NCBI GenBank assembly: GCA_964016885.1
Contig: OZ024759.1
Coordinates: 27,218,001 to 27,282,000 of the forward strand
From: Eledone cirrhosa
Taxonomy: Eukaryota
Length of the DNA: 64,000 nt
Direction of reading: 5' to 3'
The position numbers and the translations under genes were made by a program. Positions 50,827-61,174 of this stretch are shown here, piece by piece. Position 1 is the first letter of the stretch, and each line of letters starts with the position of its first letter. The notes below the pieces were generated by a model, which was given only the letters and a program-made list of their open reading frames with translations, ran no database searches and had not been told where the DNA came from.

Positions 50827-51031
50827 ATATATATAAGTAATAAAGGTGCAATTGGATTGCGTTCACAGATAGTATGCAACATTTGGATGCAAGTCTACAT
50901 ACCTGAGGAGCTTTTAATTCCATATGTTCCTCGAGCTGATCGGCAGTGAAACATATGTAATTCATAATTAAATATGTATATGATGCATCACTGGTTCTTT
51001 GTTCCCCAATTATTATTATATATATACATAT

Positions 51032-53222
51032 ATCATCATCATCATCATCGTTTAACGTCCGTGTTCCACGCTTGCATGGGTTTGGACGGGGGTTTTCCCA
51101 CTTGAGGCAAGAGTGATTGTCTTGCTCGCATAGGACTGTCTGGCGGGTTTTCTACAGCTGGATGCCCTTCCTAACACCAACCACATTTACAGTGTGGGGC
51201 TGGGAGGTTTTTACCGTGTTGCCTACACGGCCACATTACAGCGTGGACTGTGTGTTTTTTGTCGTGACACCTACACGACCTCATTTGTTTCGACCTGGAT
51301 GTTGTGGTACCAACATAACTTTACATTGAAAGGGGCGGTGTGGATGGGGTGGGGGTGGTGGGACGGGGGGTGTATTTTGTTAGAGATGCCTACTGACTGT
51401 AGTAGGTTTTACTTTGTATTTAGGTAAGGCGGGTCTTTTCTATTACTGAGTACCGCCAAAGGTCTCGGTCCAGTGACATTGTCTTGGAGAGGTGTAAGTG
51501 TGTGAGGTCAGAATTTATCAGCTCGTCCCAGGTTTTTCTGGGTCTGCCTACTCTGTAGCTACTGTCTATCTTTATTGCCCTGCACTTTGTTATACAGCTG
51601 TCGTCTTTCATGCGCATCATGTTACCATACCAACGTAGCCTTCTCTCGAGTAAACAACATCTGATCCCTCTTATTTCTAATTTTTTCCTTAGTTCGCTTA
51701 TGCTTTGCCGTTCACGTATGTTACTATTACACATCCAGCGGAGCATGCAAGCTTCGTTCCTCTCTAGTCTGCATATATCCTCTGCACACAATGCCCAGGT
51801 CTCACTGCCATGCAACATTGCTGTTCGTATGCAGGCATCATACAACCTGCCTTTCATTTTTAGAGAGAACCCTTTAGTGGCTAATAGTGGTATAAGCTCT
51901 CTGAACTTTTTCCATCCAGTTCTGACTCTAGCTACTGTACTTTCAGAGCACCCTCCCCCACTGCTGATTTTGTCACCCAGGTAACGGAAGCTGTCCACTA
52001 TTTCTATAGAACCCTCTGCGCAATTGAAAGAGCTAGTATATTGTGGGCACTTGCTGCTACTTATTGCACCAGAGCACCGGCCACATGTAAAATCTATGTT
52101 CTTAGTTAGCTTACCTGTGATCCCACTACATCTTTTATGCACCCATACTTTGCATTTGGGACATAAAATGGAGTTTCTACCTACGCCTTTCCTACACACT
52201 GAGCATGGCCATTTCCCGGAAGGGACCGTCGCCTTATTTTCTTTCCTACAAACTAGAACTTTAGTCTTAGCCAGGTTAATTTTAAGCCCTTTTGATTCTA
52301 GGCCATGCTTCCATGTTTGGAATTTCTTCTCTAGCTCGGCCATTGATTCAGCTATGAGCGTTAGATCATCTGCGTATAGGAGTTCCCATGGGCAGCCGGT
52401 CTTGAACTCCACTGTTATAGCCTGAAGGGCAATAATAAATAGTAGGGGGCTAAGAACAGAGCCCTGATGTACACCAACTTTTACACTAAACTCTTCACTA
52501 TAATCGTTGTTAATTATAACCTTGCTGACTGTTTCTTTATACATGGCTTGTATAGCTCTCACAAGCCATTCGTCAACACCTAGTTTTCTAAGAGCCCACC
52601 AGATAATGGAACGGGGGACTCTGTCGAAGGCTTTCTCCAAGTCAACAAAAGCTAAGTATAGGGGTTTACTTTTAGCTAGGTACTTCTCCTGTAGTTGTCG
52701 TACAATGAAAAGAGCGTCTGTGGTACTTTTGCCTGACACAAAACCGAACTGCATTTCATCTAGATCACTTCTCTCTCTGATTAGTTGCGCTATAACTTTT
52801 TCCGTGACCTTCATGACCTGGTCGATTAATTTAATGCCTCTATAGTTTCCCCTATCTAGAGCATCTCCTTTACCCTTGTAACAGTTAATGATGATGCTGC
52901 TACGCTAGTCCTTTGGAACAACCCCATTCTGTATGACTTGGTTTACTATCCGGGTGACCATGGTGTGTCCCACCGTTCCAGAGGCTTTCAGCATCTCAGC
53001 AACTATTTCCGAAGGCCCAGCCGCCTTACCCATCTTCATATCTTTGATTGCCTTACTTATTATACTACCTTCGACTAACACTGCCGGTCCCTCTATTGGG
53101 TCGATGTGGGGGAGACTGTCTTTCTCCCATTTATTCTCCTCATTTAGAAGCCTTTCGTAGTGACACTTCCAAGCTACCTTCTTATCAGCGTCAGTGATGG
53201 CAAGTACACCATCATCATTAAG
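51032..53222 (-). mobile_element. RTE-clade LINE with nearly intact RT region (464-aa ORF, one upstream in-frame TAG at 52905), endonuclease absent
   Basis: QFGFVSGKSTTDA, AFVDLEKAFDRVPR, GVHQGSVLSPLLF, LLYADD, FRYLG. Confidence 0.97.
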
Positions 53223-53238
53223 TACATATATATATATA

Positions 53239-53578
53239 TGGAGGTACATGGCTTAGTGGTTAGAGCATTGGCCTTGCAAACGAAAGGTTGTGAGTTCAAT
53301 TCTCAGACCGGGTGATGTGTTGTTTCCTTGAGCAAGACACTTTATTTCACATTGCTCCAGTTTACTCAGCTGTAGAAATGAGATGATAGGGACTGGGGTC
53401 CATATCATTCCACTGAAAAGTGGTCGTGGAGGTGACACAGCAAAAAAGCACCCAGCACTCACTGTAAATGGGGTTGGTGTTAGGAAGGGCATCCAGCTGT
53501 AGAAATCGAGCCAGAATCAGTTCTCGTCCCACCCTTGCAAGCAGGGAAAAGTGGACGTAAAATGATGATGATGATGAT
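53239..53578 (+). mobile_element. Full-length SINE family A
   Basis: Near-identical to 36591-36931. Confidence 0.9.
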
Positions 53579-54039
53579 ATATATATATATATATATATCA
53601 GCTAAAATTCAGTGATGTTCAGATTCCAAAGCATAGTTTCTCTCTCTCTTTCAGATGTATGTTCAAATAAGTAAGACTTTATGTTGCTGTTTCTTTTCCC
53701 TATCTGCTTTGTTTCACATTACTGCCTCTCTGAAACTCTCACATTTTATTCATAACATTACCATATTTCTAATGAAAATACTGCTTAGGGTGTTCAGGTC
53801 ATATTAAAAATAATTATGAATTTGCAGAGATTTAATAAAATCACTAACTTTCTAATTATTCATCTTTGTTTCGAACAAATATGAAAACCTCAAAATAAAC
53901 AGCTTTCATATTCAGAGGGCAGTTTCTGGCAGTCAGTATCAAAAGGGCTTATTATTATTATTAGTAGTAGTAGTATTATTTAATTCCCTTGGGTTTTACC
54001 TTCTCTTCTCTCTCATTCTGGTAATAATGATAATAATAA

Positions 54040-55095
54040 TAATAATTGTTTCTACTTTTGGCACAAGGCCAGCAATTACCCAGTGCATTACTGGTACTTT
54101 ATTTTATCGATCCCGTAAGGATGAAAGGTAAAGTTAACCTTGATGGTATTTGAACTCAAATGGTAAAGGGACGTAACTATGCTAGAAAGCATGGCGTCCA
54201 ACCCTCTATCGAAAAATAATAATGATAAAGAAGAAAAAAATGCCTTCTAATAAATGTATCTATCCCCACAGACGACAATATATCTCCTAAGGAAATGGAC
54301 AAACTCTCCAAATATAAAGGGCTAGAGATAGAAATAACTCGAATGAGGAAAATGCAAACTGAAACAATACCTATAACAATAGGTGCTCTGGGAATGATAA
54401 AAGAAACACACAGACAAATACATAGCCAAAACCCCAGGACTTACAAATATATACAGCATACAAAACTAACACTACTAGGCACTGCACACATATTACGAAA
54501 AATACTATTAATACAATAGAAACAATTTCAGCAAAAACTACACTGCTGATATCCAAGGCACACAGAGCTGTGCTCGGTAAAGCACTAATGATGCGTAATA
54601 AAAATAATAATTGTTTCTACTATTGGCACAAGGCCAGCAAATTACCCAGTACATTACTGGTACTTTATTTTATCGACCCCGTAAGGATGAAAGGCAACGT
54701 TAACCTCGGCGGGATTTGAACTCAGAATGTAATAAAAATAATAATAATGGTTTCTTATATAGGCACAAGGCCAGCAATTTTAGGAGAAGGGAAAGTCAAT
54801 TAGATCAACCCCAGTGCATTAGTGGTACTTTATTTTATTGACCCTGTATGCTTTTCATCTTTACGGTGTCGATAAAATAAAGTACCAGTAATTCACTGGG
54901 GTCAATCTAATCGACTTTCCCTTCCCCAAAAATTGTTGGCATAATAATAATGTTTCTACTTTTGGCACAAAGCCAGCAATTATCACTGTACATTACTGGT
55001 ACTTTATGTTTATCGACCCCCTCGGCAGGATTTGAACTCAGCACCTAAAGGACCATAACTCTATACTGCAAAGCATGGTGTCTGACGCTATAATA
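54040..55095 (-). mobile_element. Cluster of SINE family B copies (mostly minus) in (TAA)n context
   Basis: Repeated GGCACAAGGCCAGCAATT..CTGGTACTTTATTTTATCGA. Confidence 0.8.
54220..54600 (+). mobile_element. R4/Dong-like LINE RLE 3' fragment
   Basis: KEMDKLSKYKGLEIEITRMRKMQTETIPITIGALGMIK; (TAA)n flanks. Confidence 0.78.
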
Positions 55096-55764
55096 GCAAC
55101 AACAACAATGGCATCTAATATATGATTTATTGCATGTTTTCTTTAAGCACATTAATACCATTGTTTTGTTTCTTACTTCTGGGGTTGGTAATATATAGTA
55201 CCAGTCATACATTGAGGGTGACAAATTAAAAGTATCAGTCACCTACAAAATTTCTTCCAACAAATTATATCTATTCTATTTTTATATTTCTTATATTTCT
55301 ATTGGTTCTGACCATACTGGAGCAACTGCTTTTGTATAATTCGGGTTTATTTTTTGCCTTCACATATTTTTTTTTATTGCTGATTTCATTTTTTTTTTTA
55401 TTGCTGATTTCATATTTTTTTTAATTTTTATCACCATATCTATATTATAAAAGAGTAGCTGTTTCTTCCTCAAAATAAATAATATCAAAATCTCTTAGAT
55501 TTGATATTATGTGAGATAAAGCCATTACTATATATACAATAGTATATACAGAGTAATGTAAATGCTAAAGGGTTAAGTTATATATTTTGTTTCAATCCTG
55601 TGTTCTTTTATTTGTATTAATTTCTTGACAGTATTGCAAGGTGTAGAGAATTTAAATAAGACAACAGAAGCTTCTCCATCAATAATAACAATCAACTCGT
55701 CAATTGCAACCCTGTCAAAAACAACAAAATCAAATGTGTCATTAATAACATTAAGGTTCTTTGA

Positions 55765-56500
55765 GGATGTAAGGCAAAGTCAACCTCGGCGGGATTTGAA
55801 CTCAGATCGTAAAGGGACGTAACTATGCTGGAAAGCATGGTGTCTGACCCTCTACCGATACTGTCAATCCACCGCCCTAAAAAAAAATAATGCTGAAGAG
55901 CATGGGTGATTGGCAGTATCGGTAGAGAGTAGACGCCCTGCTTTCCAGCATAGTTACGTCCCTTTACGATCTGAGTTCAAATCCCGCCAAGGTCAACTTT
56001 GCCTTTCATCCTTACGGGGTAGATAAAATAAAGTACCAGTAATGTACTGGGTAATTGCTGGCCTTGTGCCAAAAGTAGAAACAATTATTTCTTTGACAAA
56101 AGTAGAAAGAATTATTTCTCTGTGTATGTGGCATATGGAAATCCAATGACACAATCTTCAGCATTATTTCTTTGACAACCTGTGTATGTGGCATATGGAA
56201 ATCCAATGATACAATCTTCAGCATTATTTCTTTGACAAGGGCGGGGGATTGGCAGTATCAGTAGAAGGTCAGACGCCATGCTTTCCAGCATAGTTACGTC
56301 CCTTTACGGTCTAAGTTCAAATCTCGCCAAGGTTAACTTTGCCTTTCATCCTTACGGGGTAGATAAAATAAAGTACCAGTAATGCACTGGGTGATTGCTG
56401 GCCTTGTGCCAAAAGTAGAAACAATTATTTCTTTGACAACCTGTGTATGTGGCATATGGGAATCCAGTGACACAATCTTCAGCATTATTTCTTTGACAAA
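55765..56500. mobile_element. SINE family B copies (55765-55877 minus; 55903-56090 and 56239-56428 plus) with a local 60-bp duplication
   Basis: SINE motifs; TGTGTATGTGGCATATGG..ATTATTTCTTTGACAA occurs three times. Confidence 0.8.
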
Positions 56501-56662
56501 CAATATTTTTTTCATATTTATGTTGATCTAATTTTATTAAATTGAAATTTTAATTTAAACTGACTAATTTCTACTGTTTATATATTTTTACAGTTTTATG
56601 AGGCACTGAAACAGGATGATTATCATGATTATGATGATGATGCTACTGATGACAGGGATGAC

Positions 56663-56693
<31 letters not shown>

Positions 56694-57200
56694 GTGCTGA
56701 TAATGATGATGATGGTGATGATAATGATGAGGGTGATGATTATGATTGTGGTGATGGAAGCAAATGGAAAATCAATTGAACTAATTAATTAATTAAATAT
56801 TTAGCTTATTCAACCAATTAAAACAATAATTGAGGCAAAGTTATGAGTATGGTTTAAATTCCTAAGTGAAAGAGACTGACCACTCCACACAGGCTGTAAA
56901 ATACACTTGAGAAAAGGCATAAAAGCCACACATTCACCCTCGTGCTCATCTCTTCTGTACATTTGGAACTTTAAACTCTCATAGGAAATCATTTTAAATC
57001 ATTTTTAAGGCCACCAACAACGAAAAACAAAAAAAAAAAACATGAAAAGATGGGGATTTCGAACAAAGTTGTGGTATGAATATATATATGTAAGTATAAT
57101 ATGTATATATATAATGGATATATATAAATGTAATGTATATATATATAAGTATAATATGTATATATGTAATGTATATATAAATGTGTGTGTGCGCATAAAT

Positions 57201-57248
<48 letters not shown>

Positions 57249-57531
57249 ATGTTATGTGTGTATATATATTAGATTTATCTATGCATCTGACATGTATGTA
57301 TGATTGCATGTATGTATGTTTATATGATTGTATGCATGTATGTATATATGAATGTCTGTATGTGTATATGTTTGGTTCCCATGCATTAGTCATTGATCCT
57401 GTGTGTTTCATTTCTAAATTTCCCAATAAGAATCTATTTGAATGCATGTGTATATACTTGTGTAAATATATATATATATATATTTGTGTGTCTAGGTTAT
57501 TATGTTTGGATGTGACCATCCATGTAAACTC

Positions 57532-57604
57532 GCATGTCTGAAGAAGTGTTGATTAAGAGTCAGAATCCGATCACCTGATTGATACTGAAACAGTTGTAAT
57601 ATGC
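57532..57604 (+). ncRNA. Type I hammerhead ribozyme motif with intact core
   Basis: GCATGT-CTGAAGA-AGTGTTGATT..GATTGATACT-GAAA-C[AGTT]G-TA-ATATGC, then AATAAA. Confidence 0.7.
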
Positions 57605-58027
57605 AATAAAGTTTCATAAAAAGCTGCAAATCTGACTTCTTATTGTCACTATATATATATGTGTGTGTGTGTGTGTGCACGTGCAGTTGTGTGTCTGTGT
57701 GATATATTCATAGTAAGTATGTGGAAATATTGATCAAATGAATGGGACATAATTACATTTTTAGTAAGAACTGTCTCTAGGGATTTGTTAATCAATAGGT
57801 TATATATTTCATTGTAATAAAATTGGCTGCAGATAAGCTTGTTTGTTGTTTTTACTCCTTTATTTCTAACTTGCATTGGGCTATATACCATATTTGTATA
57901 TATACCATATTTTGGCTATATAAATACATATATGTATTTATCTCAGAAGATCCCATTCAGGGTGAAAGCAGCGATTCTTTGCTTAAACTTTAATCTGTTA
58001 TTTTGATAAATATATATATATATATAT

Positions 58028-59188
58028 ATGTCAAAGAGTAAGGTCATAGTATGTAGAAAGGAAAACAGGGTTCAGATCCCCTCTGGGAAATGGCCTTGCT
58101 CAGTGTGCAGGAAAAGAGCAGGCAGAAATTCCATCCTCTGTCCCAAATGCAAGCTATGGGTACATAAAAGATGTAGTGGGATTACAGACAGGCTAGCAAA
58201 GAATGTAGGCTTTATATGTGGCCAATGCTTAGGTACAGTAAGTAACAAGTGCCCACATGACACCTTCAAATGTCCAGATGGTATGCAGGCATCGTACAAC
58301 CTGCCTTTCATTTTTAGGGAGAACCCTTTCAGAGCACCCTCCCCCACTGCTGATTTTGTCACCCAGGTAACGGAAGCTGTCCACTATTTCTATAGAACCC
58401 TCTGCGCAGTTGAAAGAGCTAGTATTTTGTGGGCACTTGCTGCTACTTATTGCCCCAGAACACCGGCCACATGTAAAATCTATGTTCTTAGTTAGCTTAC
58501 CTGTGATCCCACTACATCTTTTATGCACCCAAACTTTGCATTTGGGACACAAAATGGAATTTCTACCTACGCCTTTCCTACACTCTGCGCATGGCCACTT
58601 CCCGGAGGGGACCGCGGCCTTATTTTCTTTCTTACAAACTAGAACTTTAGTCTTAGCCAGGTTAATTTTAAGGCCTTTTGATTCTAGGCCGTGCTTCCAT
58701 GTTTGGAATTTCTTCTCTAGCTCGGCCATTGATTCAGCTATGAGCGTTAGATCATCTGCGTATAGGAGTTCCCATGGGCAGCCGGTCTTGAACTCCACTG
58801 TTATAGCCTGGAGGGCAATAATAAATAGTAGGGGGCTAAGAACAGAGCCCTGATGAACACCAACTTTTACACTAAACTCTTCACTATATTCGTTGTTAAT
58901 TCTAACCTTGCTGACTGTTTCTTTATACATGGCTTGTATAGCTCTCACAAGCCATTCATCAACACCTAGTTTTCTAAGAGCCCACCAGATAATGGAACGG
59001 GGGACTCTGTCGAAGGCCTTCTCCAAGTCGACGAAAGCTAACTATAGGGGTTTACTTTTAGCTAGGTACTTCTCCTGTAGTTGTCGTACAATGAAAAGAG
59101 CGTCTGTGGTACTTTTTCCTGACACAAACCCGAACTGCATTTCATCTAGATCAATTCGCTCTCTGATTAGTTGCGCTATTACTTTTTC

Positions 59189-59192
<4 letters not shown>
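58028..59192 (-). mobile_element. Rearranged RTE LINE fragments (58028-58282 plus; 58283-59192 minus)
   Basis: RT motifs on the minus strand, PHD-like insert on both strands. Confidence 0.92.
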
Positions 59193-59243
<51 letters not shown>

Positions 59244-59256
59244 TATATATATAAAC

Positions 59257-59292
<36 letters not shown>

Positions 59293-59316
59293 TATTATAT
59301 ACATATGATATATATA

Positions 59317-59450
59317 TCTATATATATAAAGTTGTATTCATGTCTGTTTGTTTGTTCACAAACTACTCCTATGGTTTTGGAGATAGACCCCCATAACCAT
59401 ATATATTCTGAAACTACGTTGTCCACTGTACTTGGATAAGTATATTTCAT
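59317..59450 (+). mobile_element. Possible non-autonomous Helitron 5' end
   Basis: A then TCTATATATATAAAG...GTCTGTTTGTTTG; no 3' CTRR end identified. Confidence 0.35.
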
Positions 59451-59921
59451 TTTAATCAAAGGGTTCCCCAGGGCACAAACCCCCGCTGAAATTTTTTTCC
59501 CTATATGAAAGGGAATTTTTTAGAAAAATTTCTTTGAAGGAATTTTTTAGGAAACTTTTTATTTTTTTATTCTCTTAATCTCTTCTGGTTTTTTAGGTTT
59601 ATTACGGCTTATAAGCTTTATGCGCTTATTGAGGTGTTTTTAAAGGTGCTTTTAAGGGATCCCAAGTCTTTTACTTTTAATGAGTAACTTATAAATTCTT
59701 TAATTTTTAACCTTCAATCCCTAACTTCTAGGCCCTTTTCAAATTCTCTTAATTCCCTCTAACCCATCCCTTTTACAACTCCTACAACTATTATAAAAGA
59801 GCCCCCTTAGAATATAGACCCCAGATAAACAAGCTGAGCTGTTGATGTATACCACGATTTCAAACTGCTAATCTTGAGTGAAACGTTGATGTAAATAATG
59901 AACTTACAATCACCTGTTATA

Positions 59922-59968
59922 TGCCTTGAAAAGTCCCACCATATGGTCGGACGAAACGGCTGTCGGCA
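59922..59968 (+). ncRNA. Minimal hammerhead ribozyme motif, U3-A8 core variant
   Basis: TGCC-TTGAAAA-GTCCCACC[ATAT]GGTCGGAC-GAAA-C[GGCT]G-TC-GGCA, then AATAAA. Confidence 0.7.
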
Positions 59969-60123
59969 ATAAACTTGTTTTAATGTCATAAAAGTTCCTT
60001 TGTTCTTTTTCCTTAATATTTCTGCTCTGCTTATACGCATAGAGCTTAACTAGCTACCGTCGCATATTTGGTAGGTCAGGCGTGATCATCGCGATTTACG
60101 TACGACCTACCATACATCTTGCT

Positions 60124-60165
<42 letters not shown>

Positions 60166-61142
60166 ATTGCTTGATCCTTTCATTACAATATTTCTAATGA
60201 AAGACACTGCCGATGATTTTCAAATATTTTTGAAAATAATCAAGAATTTGGAGAGGTTTAGTAATATAACTTTCTCATTTAAGTTGGTGTTTGGAACATA
60301 ACTTAATAAAGGTTCTTGCATAAAATTATGTAAAGTTTTTAGATATAAATATAAACAAGCAGTTTTGTATCATAGAACCAGAGGATCCTCAAGGATGAGT
60401 ACAAAAGTGTTGACACACCCCCATTTAGGCACATGCAAATAACCAACGCAGAGGATTTCTTTGATGCCACAGCACTCTATGAAGAAATGGCGACTATCAA
60501 CCACATAAACATAATGGAGGAAAATGTGATATCAGCCATAGAAGAAACACAGCTGCTGGACCCGATGGATTCCCAGCACCCTAGGTGGGTGCGCGACATA
60601 GTAGGCTTCAATGGCGGCGCCAATCCTAAAAATACGCCCATAAAGTTTGTGTGCGCCCAAGTTGGCTTAAATAGTGGTGCCAATCCTAAAAACGGGTCCA
60701 TAAAGTTTTGTGCGACCGAGTTGGCTTTATTTAATAGCAGCGCCAATCCCAAAATGCGCCCTAGTAGGCTTAAAGGATACCTCCAATCTTGAATCTTAGA
60801 ACGAGGCTTAGTCTTGTGTATGTTGGGAGCGTTGTATATATATATTGTGTCGTCAAATATGAAATTTTTTTTTTTTTTTTTACAAATCTCGACAAATTTC
60901 ATACTTGACGACCCAATATATGTGTTCAAGGGTTTCTTTCGAATGGAACAGGGTCATGCTGCCTATAAAAACACATGCACCTGTTGGATTTCACTTCAAT
61001 TTATTATAAATTTCCACTTGTTCTCTCCTACACCAACTTGTCTGTGTGTGTATATATACCATTAAGTAAATAAAGGGGTATATATACCATTAGGTATGTG
61101 TGTATATATAATAACCCTATGTGTGTATATTTAGGTATTAAC

Positions 61143-61174
<32 letters not shown>

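Noticed and set aside
51420-52814. 464-aa RT ORF as a domesticated host gene or active element
   Set aside because: One of several similar truncated copies with LINE 3' UTR and tail, and no dedicated start or promoter
52905-52907. TAG at a Trp position of the RTE ORF as an A-to-I-repairable stop
   Set aside because: The copy is 5'-truncated and lacks the endonuclease; an ordinary G-to-A mutation explains it
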